Origin: Asterias rubens
Taxonomy: Eukaryota
NCBI RefSeq assembly: GCF_902459465.1
Contig: NC_047072.1
Location: 17,174,001-17,238,000 of the forward strand
Reading direction: 5' to 3'
DNA length: 64,000 nt
The position numbers and the translations under genes were made by a program. Shown here one piece after another: positions 9,906 to 23,585 of the stretch (its first letter is position 1; every line of letters begins with the position of its first letter). The notes under the pieces were generated by a model. The model saw only the letters and a list, made by a program, of their open reading frames with translations, did not search any database and had not been told where the DNA came from.

Positions 9906-12900
9906 GATGGAGTAAGAAAACTTGCTGTTTTGCATAAAGAGGCAGGCTCTCTCGTAAAACACCTTATAGTTTGTCTGCGCAGAGCGGTGCTTCATGCCTG
10001 GCGTTCGAGACGAAAGACCGGTATGAAGTGACATCCAGCGCACGTGTCAACGTGTGTGGGAGTTACATTAACCGTGCGTACCTGCACGGAGCTTCGCTGG
10101 GAGCAATAACCAAGAATCACCGATTTTTTTTCTTTCTGTGTGATATTTGCTAGATTAAGCAAATATTTACTGTCATTGACACAGGCCACACTTCATTTAT
10201 TATTACAGATACAGCTCTGTAAGGTGGCGATGATATGCCATGACTAAACGATATTTCGACCCGGAAGTTTGTGTTAAAAATTGTAACATCAGTAAGGCCT
10301 ATATGTAGGAAATCTTTAAACTTTTCAAATACAATTCAAGACATAATTATATATTTGGTTTGCGGTAACACCATGTGTGTATCTACTTGCCAGGTAGAGT
10401 TTGTTCTTAGAGATTTGTCTTGCATTTATTCTATACTGCCGCGGAGTAGATGTTCGGGGGTTCGGGAGACTTCTCAGTTCTGAAAAGAACTGTCCTGCTT
10501 TTAACTATTATAGACAATTCAAGACAGTTCACATTTATTTTTCCATACTGTCAATCTTCTCTTTTGCCGTCCTCTCTTTCTCTTGCTTGTCATAGGCTGC
10601 CATTTTGTCACTCTTCTAGTACACCTGTTGTCTTGGACCCCTGACACATGGCCTGCACACTAAAGATTGAAGCATTTTGAAAATTTACACATAATTTGGT
10701 TAATTTTATCCCGTATTGTAAAATGTACTATCTCTCTACACGGCTCTCTGTGTTGTTCTCAGTTTGTTGTTGAACTCACTTGTTATAGTCCAAGAATGGC
10801 CAAACTTAATAATGTTAAAGTTTCTTCCCAAGTTCATAGGTTGATAAGATGTTCGACCATCTTGAGCTATTGTTCCAAGCACCGATTGGAAGGAAGCTGT
10901 CCCTTTCCCACGCACTTTTAAGGCACTTTGGTAAATTAGATGAATCCTTAGTGTAGAACAAGTCAGAAACAAGGTTTGTTTTTAGAAACTAGTTTCTAAT
11001 TTTATGACTTCTAGGACGAATTTTCCCAAGATCAATTTTGATTCAACATTCACAAACTTAATTCGAACAGAACCATCCCCTTTAAAATAATTCGAGTTAT
11101 TCGATCGAAATATTAATCATGGCAGTCATATTGACAAAATTGTGATGACAAATAAATTGGAAACACTATGACAAGTCTATTGTACGACCCCTACCACACT
11201 ACGTGATAACCCATACAAGGGAAACCCCCCTTCACTGTACTACGATTAATTGTTATAATGGTTTACCTTGGCGAACAGGGCTTCCCAGCACCATTCCCAG
11301 CCTTAAATGAACATAACAGAATAGGTTTCTGCTTACAAAACAGTTGCTTTTGTAAGCAATCATGTAATCCACTACATACACAAACTGACAAACCTCAGCT
11401 GAGGTCTCGAATTCAATTCAAGTTTTGAGTGGAAAGTTACTTCTTTCTCAAAAACTACGCTACTTCAGAGGGAGCCGTCCCTCACAATGTTTTATACTAT
11501 CAACAGCTCTGCATTGCTCGTTATCAAGTAAGTTTTTATGCTAACAATTTTTTTACTAGTAATTATCAATAGTGTCCAGTGACTATAAAGGAGGATACCG
11601 TAAACCTTTGTTTTGAACAAAAAGTGACCTTAAACAGTCTAGAGCCTTTATGGCAGGCAAGATACTTCAATTGTGTGAAGGATTCCGGTTGTAAAAGTGT
11701 ACAAGCTTTTGTTCCCTTTCATTATAGAAAGTTGAATAAAAACAAGACACTCTACATATAAAGTGTATGATGTTTTCTTCTATTGAGCTGTGTACAACTC
11801 GTGCTTGCAGGAAGAAGTTCTGCCTCTATCTGTGGCTCTTTTGTGAACTGTGAAACATAACTCGCAGAAATGATGGTCCGGATTTGAACCCACTCGAGGC
11901 CTATTTTGCGTAATTGGTGCGAAACGAGAACGGCACGCACTCGACCATAATCTGAAAAAAATTGTATTGTTGTCTGCCAAAAGTTGAGAAGGGGCAAGGA
12001 TCATTTTTTGTTACGAGTGGATGGACCTGCACGTCACCAAGGAATAAAGTAAACAGTGGACCAAACTTTTTACGAGCTGTTTTTGTTTTCGTGGGTTTCT
12101 TCCATGTGCACTTTTGGCAAAACGTTGAGAGAATAAACATGCACCACTGTGATGGGCTCGCTTGTGAGCGCACTCACCCCTATGTATATGAATAGATGGG
12201 CTGCTCCAGTTGAGATTCAACTAATGTTGTTGTGAACTGTTGTGCACATAAGTTTATTTAGCACAGCAGGACACATTGACAATACTTCATACTGTATCAG
12301 CAACACTTGCTGAAAAAATGGATTTTTTTTTATCATAATAAAAAAATGTATGTTTCATTGGAAAACGAAGGTTTCTTTTTGCCAAACAAATACTTCGGTG
12401 ACAGCTCTTTATCGATAGACCTCATTAGCCAGGAGCTCCAGAACATGCAAAAGCAGTTTTACAAATACCGTACAATTTGCACTAAGGTACTAAAAGTTTT
12501 GAGCAGAAACAATGATTTGCTCTCCTGAAGATGAGCAGAGTATAACGTTGAGACCACACTGCCCTTTTTACAGAGCCAGCACTCCCCCTAAAGAGAAAAT
12601 TACATTGCACCCGCAAGTTTGGTTTCCCATTCATGAGTTGAAGCAATATATGTGGGGGGAAAATGTGCTCTTTTCAAAGGGAATTGATACCTTTTTTATA
12701 TCACGTTTTGGGCCTTACTTTCACTTTCAGCTTCATTATTAGTCGTCAAGTTTTTGAAGAAAAAAAACCATGAAAATCACAGAGCAATGTTTTCAGGAGA
12801 GTCGCGTAAATCCGTGTTGTACTTAATAAAATAATAGTGTCTCATTGATTATTTTCGTGAAATCGTTTTTTTTCAATTTCCCCAAAACTACAGCAATTCA

Positions 12901-13379
12901 GCAAGAAATATTTTAAGGGAAGCTTCCTACCGTCTTAATCTTATAATGTAATATGTTCAATTTATATCTGTGGACTTTAATGTTTTGTGTCGTACAAAAA
13001 GTGCACATTCCTTCAAAATTAACCTGTTAAGTATAAAAAAAGAAAACCCTACTGAATGAAAAAAAAATGAAGAGGAAAAACTATGTCATCACTAGCCAAC
13101 CCTTCTCCCATATGCACGATTCTCTCTCGCATAATTCAAATGTTGTAAACCAGGTGGATGAATAACTGTACGGCTCCCATGCCGCGTTTCAAATGCCGAA
13201 ATTTTCCCTTTGATATCATGAGTTTGGCGGCAAGCAATTCATGTTTGCCTGGGGCGAAGGTTTGCTCTTTAGGCACATTATGTTATGGACCGAAGTGAGG
13301 CAAACCAAGCAATCCGCAACATTTTGAAGAGAAAAAAGAAGAACCCGTACATCTCTTCTATGCCGTTCAACAGAATTTG

Positions 13380-13720
13380 TTTTTGCTAACAAAACAGTTG
13401 CTGGCAGTGTAAGCACTTTATCTAATCCACCCTAAACATAAACTGACAAACCTGTAGAAGTTTGAGATCGATCGCCCATCTGGGTCACGAGAGAATAGTG
13501 AACAACCGATTACAAATTTTGCATTGCATCTATGCCAAAACAAAAAATGAATAAAACGCTCACTGAGCGATAAACTCAAAACGCGGAGTTAGATTATTTA
13601 TTTCTCATCAAATGTGACATTTCGGACAGAAATATTTCAAGGGATTTTTTCATCTATCATCGTCATCATTAGACCGTGTAAGTTTGATGTAAATCTGTGA
13701 TCTTCACAATTTTGTGTCTG
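13380..13720. mobile_element. Family E element, inverted relative to 7912-8250
   Basis: Reverse-complement similarity: aatatttcaagggat...gaccgtgtaagtttgatgtaaatctgtgatct. Confidence 0.55.
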
Positions 13721-14709
13721 ACCAATTATTTTTTAAGATCAAACCTTAAAGGTACTCGTTTGAAAACACTCTTAAAGACACTGAACCCTCATGGTAATTA
13801 CTCAGAAATGTTAGAGGAGGCCTTTCACTAAAAGCCATTTTAAATAATACCTCAAAAAACATAAGGGCTAATAAGTTACAAGGCTCTGTATGATGATCAA
13901 GATGATTGAAATACCCGATGATTTATAATTCTAAAAAGTTTTATTTTGTTGTGACAGGTTTGTATTTTTTGTAGAGCGAACAAAATAGGTTGACAAGAAT
14001 TTCCTTTTCCATGTTCTTCTTTTTTAGTAGCGCCTTGTTAAAATTAAGACAGCAACAACTCGTATGTCAGTTCCAATAATTTTCAATTTGCTGAGGATTG
14101 TTTTATTGAGAGGTTTGTCATCGCGGTTTACGCTAGCCAGGATACTCCGGTTTCGTTGTTGGGTTTTTGCGAGGGCTGGGGACAAATTAATAAGGTCAGA
14201 CTATTAAGGGATTCCGTTACTGGGTTCCGACGTTACAGCCTCGAGGGAGAGACTAAATCAACGTATCGATCATTACACAAAAAAATAATTCGGTCACCCT
14301 GGGCCGCTCCAATTCAGGTTAGCACTAAACACACACACGCAAGCCCATGTAGTCTCCAAGGACATCCGTTAAAAAAAAAAATGTTTCGTATAAGGTCGTT
14401 TGCTGCAACTAGTTCACACTTCTCAGCGGAAACGCCTATTTATAGGGGCATCAGAGTTTGTTACTAATTGCAGCGGTAGAGAGAAACAGTAGGAGAAAAA
14501 AAGCATGGCCCCATTACCCCATTTTTCTTGCGATATGGGGGCCAAGCTTGCCCTGTTTTTGATCATGTAACTGGGGCAAGTGTACACATGTTAAGCATCT
14601 GAATGGTTGTGAAGTACAAAGAGTTAGGCCATGCATATAACTTAACAAACTGCATGCTTCGTAATCTGGAGTAAAAACCGACACCCTCCTTTATTGTCAA
14701 CACTAGTCT

Positions 14710-15040
14710 TTAAAGGCAGTGGACACTAATGGTAATTACTCAAAATATTCATCAGCATAAAGCCTTACTTGGTAACGAGTAATGGGGAGAGGTTGAGGGT
14801 ATAAAACATAGTGAGAAACGGCTTCCACTGAAGTGACGTAGTTTTCGAGAAAGAAGTAATTTTCCACGAATTTGATTTCGAGACCTCAGATTTAGAATTT
14901 GAGGTCCCGAAACCAAGCATCTGAAAGCACACAACTTCGTGTGACAAGGGTGTTTTTTCTTCCACCGACCACCGATTGAGCTCGTTTACAAGTGAGAAGA
15001 CTTGTCTGTGACAATTACCAATAGTGTCCACTGCCTTTAA
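14710..15040. mobile_element. Family A MITE with a small internal deletion
   Basis: Both TIRs with TTAA; consensus body. Confidence 0.85.
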
Positions 15041-15769
15041 TCCGTTTAAGCGCACGAGTTGTTCCTTTTATTGACAAAGACCTTTTTATTTCACACTACC
15101 AAAGTGTCAAGTTGTCACGATTGCTGCTCAAGAAAGTTTGTGGAACCCTGTTATGACCCGGCCCGGATATAGCAAACTTTTCTTCAACTGTTGTTTAGGG
15201 TTGCCACCCTCAAAAAATTGTCCTTATTTGTTTTTGAAGATTCCTTTATTGAATCGAGTTGGAAGAAGACAAAATTCCCCTTTGAAAAGCACAACGACAG
15301 TGGCAACTTCGGAGTGCAGGCCTCGAAATAATGAAAGGCACCCGCCATAGCCCCGGTGGTCTTACACTTTCGTATATTGTACCAGTATCTGTGTCCAGAG
15401 GAAGACTCCTATAGGACTACCGCAGCCACTGCCGTGGTGCCCAGTGCTTTTGGTGTGGTGCCCTTAGCAAGGTTCCAATACAAACTTATATTGTCCTCAT
15501 AGTGTCCCTTACCGGAGAAAAAGAGCGTGCTCCTTCAAGAGAGAAATCCAAGACCTGGGAGTGCAGAAACAAATGCCTTCCGGGTCGGGCGTTTACGCGT
15601 TCCTTACGTTCATGCATTTCTATCCAACACATTTGTTGTCTACTTAAAAAAACTATAAACAAACCTAAAAGTCTATCTAAAAACGTAAACATTACAGAGA
15701 CTTTTTAGTTAAAGTTCGATACTTTTATGCTGACAGGGATCGGGGAAAGTAAACACGGTGTTAAATGTT

Positions 15770-15950
15770 AACAGTGTGCCGTAAGTTCGAGTCCAGTTCG
15801 TGACACTTGTGTCATTGAGCAAGGTATTTCACCATAACTTTGTCCATCGGTTCATTGAACCGTACGTCCCGTGTGCTAAGATGTGGACGTAAAAGAATCC
15901 AACGTTCGTGGAAGAGTAGGGGTTAACCCCGGGGTTTCTGGTCCCATTTT
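15770..15950 (+). mobile_element. tRNA-derived SINE fragment
   Basis: B-box-like gttcgagtcc followed by acttgtgtcattgagcaaggtatttcacc, a typical SINE body; no cloverleaf. Confidence 0.45.
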
Positions 15951-16533
15951 TTACAGATTTCCTCTGGTTTGAGAACTGCACCGATTATGTTCACTCATGA
16001 TAGGCATCCTATCATGTAATTATATTCAAAGATTTCTTTTTAACGGCATTTTCATTCTCTGAAATAATTCTTGATATACCGTGAATTTTGGTCGAGTATT
16101 TTCTGAAAAGAGTAAATCTGCTTTCCAAAGCCTTGAGAGGAAAACCGGATATTTCTTCCAGAGCACGATATTTAAACGGCGTGCCTGTATAGATTAATGG
16201 CTTGTAAAAATGACTGTAACCTCTGTACTAATGACTTCCGGGTCACATTATGAGTTTACAGTTCATCACTTCTTGTTGCTGAGCGCAAGTTGTGAAGTCA
16301 CGTCCTTCTGACTAAAAGGCTATTCACACGACAGCAATTAAACTGGGGTCCATAGCTAAATTTTAGCAAGGTTGTAAAATGTAGCAATGTTTGACAAGAG
16401 AACTTGGACAGTAGAAAATGTTGCCTATTCACGCAAGGTTTACATTATATTAACATTTAGAACCATTCTACATTTTTGAAAGGGACCCTTGCTAAATTGC
16501 TCTCCTGAGAAAGGAGCTGACGTCACAATACGG

Positions 16534-16916
16534 TTAAAGGAACACGTTGCCTTGGATCCAGCGAGTTTGTCCATGAAAAGCGTTTGAAACCGTTTGTTAT
16601 TAACATGGCAGAAAGTGTTTTTTAAGTAGAATAATAAATATTGATCCACACAATTAATATGCCTCGAAAGTCCACGGTTTTCCTTATTCGTCGTGAACTA
16701 ACACAGCAGGCCGATTTGTGGAGTCAAATTTATGACCCCTCAGAATGGCAGACCGTGTTAGTTCGCAAAGTAAAAGGAAAACCGTGCAATTTCGAGGCAC
16801 ATTGTGGACTGTTATATTCTACTTTCAAAACATCTTTCTAACCATCGTTTAATAACAAACGGTTTCAAACGCTTTTACAGACCAACTCGACCGATCCAAG
16901 GCAGTGTCTCTTTAAA
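16534..16916. mobile_element. TTAA-flanked MITE, family B, full length
   Basis: TIRs ttaaaggaacacgttgccttggatc / gatccaaggcagtgtctctttaa. Confidence 0.8.
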
Positions 16917-17335
16917 ATTATCTGCAAAGACAGATTTAAATGTGATTTGATTTGACTAATTCGGGCTTTAAGACTGACTAAGAAAATGCTGTCGGACAAA
17001 ACCCAGATCCCAGGGCAATCTGGGTCTTCCATGAATAGCCAGGTAAAGAATTAAAGTGACCCGGAAGTACAACGTCCTTCTGACCCCGTTTACAGTTTAC
17101 TGACACCTTTGCGTATGGACTTTATCGGTGCAACTCCGGTTGGTGCAACGTCAAAAATTGACCGATTTGACTCGCGTTATCTCGGCGTGGCACCCACGCT
17201 TATGTCTTTTCTTAGCTGAGTCTGCTTTGAATCGCCGTGGGAAATCCACACATGAAACAATGTTAACGAGGACTGCAACAATTATCGGTCGAAACCCCTT
17301 GATACTATTTAGGTTAATAACAACGAAACTTGTTT

Positions 17336-17722
17336 TTAAAGGCAGTGGACAGTATTGGTAATTACTCAAAATAATTATTAGCATAAAACCTTACTTGGTA
17401 GCGAGTAATGGGGAGACGTTGGTAGTATAAAACATTGTGAGAAACGGCTCCCTCTGAAGTGGAGTAGTTTTCGAGAAAGAAGTAATTTTCCACGAATTTG
17501 ATTTCGAGACCTCAAGTTTAGTATTTGAGGTCTCGAAATCAAGCATCTAAACGCACACAACTTCGTGTGACAAGGGTGTTTTTTTCTTTCATAGTTATCT
17601 CGCAACTCCGATGACCAATCGAGCTCAAATTTTCACAGGTTTGTTATTTTATGCATATGTTGAGGTACACCAAGTGAGAAGACTTGTCTTTGACATTTAC
17701 CAATAGTGTCCACTGGCTTTAA
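17336..17722. mobile_element. Family A MITE, full length
   Basis: Both TIRs with TTAA. Confidence 0.85.
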
Positions 17723-18061
17723 TAGCGCATTTTGCGTTATCACTGTGCTTCACATTAATGCCCTGAAACATTGGGCCAATAACATTCCTGTAAACTTTCT
17801 CAGCTCCCCGGGAAGAATTCAGTCCCGTGCTGCTGTGGCGCTCTGAAATCCTTTTCAAACACAATATACCTTTATCATGGTGAATTTACCTTTATCATCT
17901 TGAATTTCTCCCATTGATATCAATGTTACCAAACCGTGGCTGGAAGAACAAAATAGTCAATTATCATTCAAAATGATTATTATCACTTATGTTTGTTATT
18001 CGATACGAGGAACATGACCAAGATGGTACACATTCACACCCCTGGGTGTCTTGCTCAAGAC

Positions 18062-18305
18062 CAGGGCCTAATTGCATAGAGCTGCTAAGCACAAATTTGC
18101 TTAGCATGAAATTTCTTCCTTGATAAAAGTAGGATTACCAACCAAATTTCCATTGGTTGCATTTTGCTTGTTACTGTATTCAGCTGTGGTTTGCTTATCC
18201 TGAAAATAACGTGAAAATTTGGTTGGTAATCCTGTGTTTTACCAAGGAAGAAATTTCATGCTAAGCAATTTTTTGTGCTTAGCAGCTCTATGAACTTGGG
18301 GCCTG
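18062..18305. mobile_element. Palindromic MITE, family F
   Basis: gggcctaattgcatagagctgctaagcac...gtgcttagcagctctatgaacttggggcc; about 90 bp of each arm pair. Degenerate relatives near 19445, 21355-21560, 32980 and 48740. Confidence 0.75.
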
Positions 18306-19618
18306 TTCGAGACCAGTTCTGTGATATGAGATAAAAACATTACTTCCATCTAATTAATGTGAAAGCAAATTACCGGCTTAGAGGTTAGTTCCTTCGATGT
18401 ACTAAAAAATGTGGACTGTTATATTATACTTTCAAAACATCTTTCTAACCATCGTTTAATAACAAACGGTTTCAAACGCTTTTACAGACCAACTCGACCG
18501 ATCCAAGGTAGTGTCTCTTTAAAATTATCTGCAAAGACAGATTTAAATATGATTTGATTTGATTTGACTAATTCGGGCTTTAAGACTGACCCAGAAAATG
18601 CTGTCGGACAAAACCCAGATCCCAGGGCAATCTGGGTTTTCCATGAATCGCCAGGTAAAGAATTAAAGTGACCCGGAAGTACAACGTCTTTCTGACCCCG
18701 TTTACAGTTTACTGACACCTTTTCGTGTGGACTTTATCTCTATTCAGGTCAGAACTTTCGGCAGATGGATTTTCAAAAACTTCACGTATAAGACCTCCCT
18801 GTCCACAGTCGGTAAGTCAATGCGCTGAACGCGCTTATTATTGATTGGTACAGTGCACAGTTTCATAATAATAACTGAGTAACTCAATTAAAAAATCAAT
18901 TACTCTACCTGTCTTTACAAGAAATTTGAAAAAGCAACTACTTGATGGATATTCATAGATTATGACTGTTTCTGCATTGCCTAGGTTATGTTATCTTTCA
19001 ACACACCTTACATTAGCCGTTGTTGTGTTTGTCTGTCAAGTCTATTGTCTGTACAATATGTGCTGGTGCCGTTATTTTTGTGTTCGTCTGTCCATAGGTT
19101 AAGGAACAAAAGCCACGGCTTCACCTGAACCTAATTGTTGTCCAACCGCTTATTACATATAAAATTGTTATTAATCTATTATTTATATTGCGTATACATT
19201 GTAATAGCCTACTTTATCATAAACATGTTATTGTGTAACTGAATGTAATGTTAATCTATGTATTGTAAGATGAATGGACAACGATGAAATAAATGTTAAA
19301 TATAATAATAATATAATAATAATACTGATTTGCAAAATTATTGAGTGGGGCACCAGCCACAACAATGCAAACTAATTGTAGTTTTGGCTGGCAACCTGCT
19401 TACTCCTAAGCAATACTATTATGTGCTAAATCAAGTTTTGGCGCTGACATGCCCAATTTCATAGAGCTTCTTAGGTAAGCACGTTTTTCGTGCTTACTGT
19501 AGCAGGCAAAAAGTTCTAAGGAGTAAACGTATTTCACAGATTGGCAAGAAAATGAGGCAGCCATCTTGTGCGTTCACCGTGGAGTGCATTATTGTGACGT
19601 CATTAGTTTTAGTGCAGT

Positions 19619-19772
19619 GGGTGCGTTCGTTTAGCTTCCCCAGGTCGACCCCGGTGTGTGGCGGGTTTTTTTTTTGTCAGGACGAACGTGTGCAGATAAT
19701 TACCCACGTTCGTCCTAGAAAAAAAAACGTCACACACCGGGGTCGACCCAGGGAAGCTAAACGAACGCACCC
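19619..19772. mobile_element. Family C palindromic MITE
   Basis: gggtgcgttcgtttagcttccc...gggaagctaaacgaacgcaccc with an AGT 3-bp flanking repeat. Confidence 0.8.
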
Positions 19773-21927
19773 AGTATAAGCAGCGGTATAAAGTAACAGT
19801 ATACACTAACGGTATACAGCATGCAGGGCTACGAAATGGAAATCGCACAGTAAGCGTACGTTTTAAAATATAATTCTGCACGTAACTTAATTAACCGTTG
19901 ATATTGACTTGAAGTGAAACCGCCAACTAACAAACTATGGGTTAATGTGGCAGTGCTCTAACAACTGAGCTATCCAGTTCTATAGAGCACTGGCACATTT
20001 TTGTAACCCAAAGGTTGTTGGTTCAAATCTCGTTCTATTCTATGTTCAACCCCAAATCAAAGTTCTTTTGGAGAAATGTCTGTCTGCCTGTCAGTCTGTC
20101 TAGCCTGTTTCACTCCACTGCAGGAGGAAAGCCTCTTCATCAATTATCCATTTCACTCTATCCTGAGCTGTCTGTTGCCAAGCAATGCTCCTCATGTACA
20201 TAGTTCATCCCTCCATCTTCTGTTTTACCTCCCTCCTTTTTTTGCTTTCTTGGAGAAATACAACCCCTAAAAACGTTCTTTCGGTGAAAATTGGGCCATC
20301 CAACTTAGTTGTCAGTTAACCTAGAATCCGCTGTCCTAGTTGGCAACCCACTCATTGGACAAGTTTTTGAATGACGTCACACAATTTATCGTAACTTTCC
20401 CGCCGAATTACTTGTTGCCTGTTTGGGCTCTCCAGCATGACTTCGGTCGAACCCCGACGTGTGATTCATTCAATTGCTCTAGAAAAATGTTTTTCTCTTT
20501 TATTTTTAAAGGCACTGAACACTTTTGGTAATTACTTGAAATAATTTGTAGCATAACCACCACTTGGTAACAGCAACGGAGAGCTGTACCTTGTAAAATA
20601 GTGAAAAACACGACTCTTTACATTTCGAGTTGTCCTTCATATGGCTCTTTAAAAAGAGTGGTGGTTATTTCACTCTTTTAGAGGGGTTTCACTCCAGGAC
20701 AGAGTGAAAAATCACTCAAAAAGATGCAAACTTCAATCTAAAAGAATGGAAGACCACTCGAAAAAGAGTTGTCCCTCACATGGCTCTTCAATTAGTGCTT
20801 TTGCATTTAGAGAGTATAAAACGTTATGAGAAACGTCTCCCTCTGAAGTAACATAGTTTTTGAGAAAGAGGTGATTTCTCACTCAAAATAATAAAAGACT
20901 TCTGCTGAAGCCTTTTATTATACATCTGAAAGCACACAAAGTAATTGTGCCCTACGGGGGTGTTTTTTCTGTCATTAGTCTCCTGCTACTTCGATGAGCA
21001 ATGAGCAGGTTTGTTATGTTGTGCATACGTTGTGATACCCCAAGTGAGAGTACTGGTCATTGACAATACCTATCCAGCCATCGATTGCACAAAACTCTTC
21101 CTTATTTAGGATTAATCATAGGACTCAGGACGGGTTCAGTCCCCTATCCGAAGACGTTAGGACGCATAGAACCCACCCTATAAGTTAGGACGAGTTACTC
21201 GAGATAAGATTTGTCCTTGTTTAGCGAAATCGGCTGATGTCCCTTTAAACTATTTTCCAAGTAATGAGTTTATACCTCGCACTGCACTCGCCGGTTGTTG
21301 ACCCAATTTTCACTCTCACATTTACGCTGGATTGTACTAGACTACGGAGCTTGCTAACTGGGCCAGAAAAAAAAAATCATAGAGCTGCCCAAGCACAAAA
21401 AGTAGCCAATTACAACAAATGTATAAGCTTCCCAGAACAATGTTAACAGCCAAACTACCATGTCATATGTACGATAGCTGGTATCCTGCTCAATACTGCT
21501 TAGCAGACAACTGCTCAGCAATATTATTGTCTGTTTAAGCAACTCTATGAAAATGGGCCATGGGGGTTATCGCACTCGTAAAACTTCCCAGCCATCAGTA
21601 ACTTTGGGTGACTTTGAAGCGGGAAACTCCGGTCGGTGCAACGTCAAAATTGACCGATTTGACTCGCGTTATCTCGGCGTGGCACACACACTTATGTCTT
21701 TTCTTAGCTGAGTCTGCTTTGAATCGCCGTGGGAAATCCACACATAAAACAATGTTAACGAGGACTGCAAGAATTATCGGTCGAAACCCCTTGATACTAT
21801 TTAGGTTAATAACAACGAAACTTGTTTTTAAAGGCAGTGGACAGTATTGGTAATTACTCAAAATAATTATTAGCATAAAACCTTACTGGTACGTGGTTTA
21901 ACAATTGTTAGCATAAAACTTACTCGA

Positions 21928-22313
21928 TTAAAGGCAGTGAACAGTATTGGTAATTACTCAAAATAATAATTAACATAAAACCTTACTTGGTAACGAGTAA
22001 TGGGGAGAGGTTGATGGTATAAAACATTGTTAGAAACGGCTCCCTCTGAAGTGCCATAGTTTTTGAGAAAGAAGTAATTTTCCACGAATTTGATTTCGAG
22101 GCCTCACATTTAGAACTTGAGGTCTCGAAATCAAGCATCTAAACGCCAGAACTTTCTGTGACACGGGTGTTTTTGTCTTTCATTATTATCTCGCAAGTTC
22201 GATGACCGATTGAGCTAAAATTTTCAAAGGTTTGTTGTTTTATGCATATGTTGAGATACATCAACTGGGAAGGCTAGTCTTTGACAATTACCAATAGAGT
22301 CCACTGCCTTTAA
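21928..22313. mobile_element. Family A MITE, full length (partial copy at 21828-21890 and decayed copy at 22314-22607 adjoin)
   Basis: Both TIRs with TTAA. Confidence 0.85.
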
Positions 22314-22701
22314 GAGAAATGGAGAGCTGTTGATAGTATAACCATGGCCCCCTCTGAAGAAACGTAGTTTTTGATGGAGAAGTAATTTCTCCTTGAAAAT
22401 GTTAAAATACTTCAGGTCTGAATCCTCTTTTAGGCATCTGAGAGCACAAGCACAAGGGTGTTGTTTCATTCATTGTTCTCCGCTTGCAACTTCGATGACC
22501 AATTGAGTCCAAATTGTTAATAGATTTGTTATGTTATGCATTATGTTTGGATACACCAAGTGAGAATACTGGTCTTTGACAATTACTAAAGGTGTCCAGT
22601 GCCTTTAATCATGTTGGCGTCTTGGAGACACTAAGTGACAACACGTTATCAGAAAATGATTGTTCTACTTGTTGAAGGTTCTTATTTCTTCCTTTTCACT
22701 T

Positions 22702-23074
22702 TTAAAGGCAGTGGACACTATTGGTAATAACTCAAAATAATTATCAGCATAAAACCTCACTTGGTAACGGGTAATGGGGAGAGGTTGATAGTAAAAAACA
22801 TTGTGAGAAACGGCTCCCTCTGAAGTGACGCAGTTTTCGAGAAAGAAGTAATTTTCCACAAATTTGATTTCGAGACCTCAAGTTTAGAATTTGAGGTCTC
22901 TGAAAGCACACAACTTCATGTGACAAGGGTGTTTTTTCTTTCATAGTTATCTCGCAACTTTGACGACCAATTGAGCTCAAATTTTCACAGGTTTGTTATT
23001 TTATGCATATGTTGAGATACACTAAATGAGAAGGCTGGTCTTTGACAATTACCAATAGTGTCCATTGTCTTTAA
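22702..23074. mobile_element. Family A MITE, full length
   Basis: Both TIRs; the right TTAA is shared with a family H end (ttaaagggaaggg). Confidence 0.85.
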
Positions 23075-23434
23075 AGGGAAGGGTAGACGTTTGGTAAATG
23101 AATAGTAGTATAATAACATTTCACTTCGAAGTAATGTGAAATGTAGTGTATCTAATGTAGTGTATCTTTTTCAACCCAATTCGCATTTATGTCAGTACTG
23201 TCAAAACACAGCAATACAGAGTGCATACACAATGTAATAGTGAACAGTCTAAGGTTTATATAGTCGAAGAAAAGGAACAGTAGTTATGCAGATTTTATAA
23301 TCAAGGCTTGTATAGTAATCAGCCTGATGGACAGACGGAGCCAAGATAAATGGACAAACGGGGGACGTACGAATCGGAACAAAACAACTTACAAACAACA
23401 ACTACAACGCTTACTTACAGGCACTGGACACTTA

Positions 23435-23585
23435 GGGTGCGTTCGTTTAGCTTCCCTGGGTCGACCCCGGTGTGTGGCGTTTTTTTTTTCCAGGACGAAC
23501 GTGGGTAATTATCTGCACACGTTCGTCCTGGAAAAAGAAAACGCCTCACACCGGGGTCGACCCGGGGAAGCTAATCGAACGCACC
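23435..23585. mobile_element. Family C MITE nested in a family A remnant
   Basis: Family C TIRs directly follow aggcactggacactta (family A end) and precede family A internal sequence. Confidence 0.75.

Noticed and set aside
10549-10603. Candidate upstream coding exon for copy A (MAAYDKQEKERTAKEKID)
   Set aside because: Its donor is phase 1 while the 7531 acceptor needs phase 0, and there is no homology.
11870-11900. tRNA genes suggested by GGTTCRAATCC-like boxes (also near 15787, 20020, 32570)
   Set aside because: No cloverleaf; these look like SINE head fragments.
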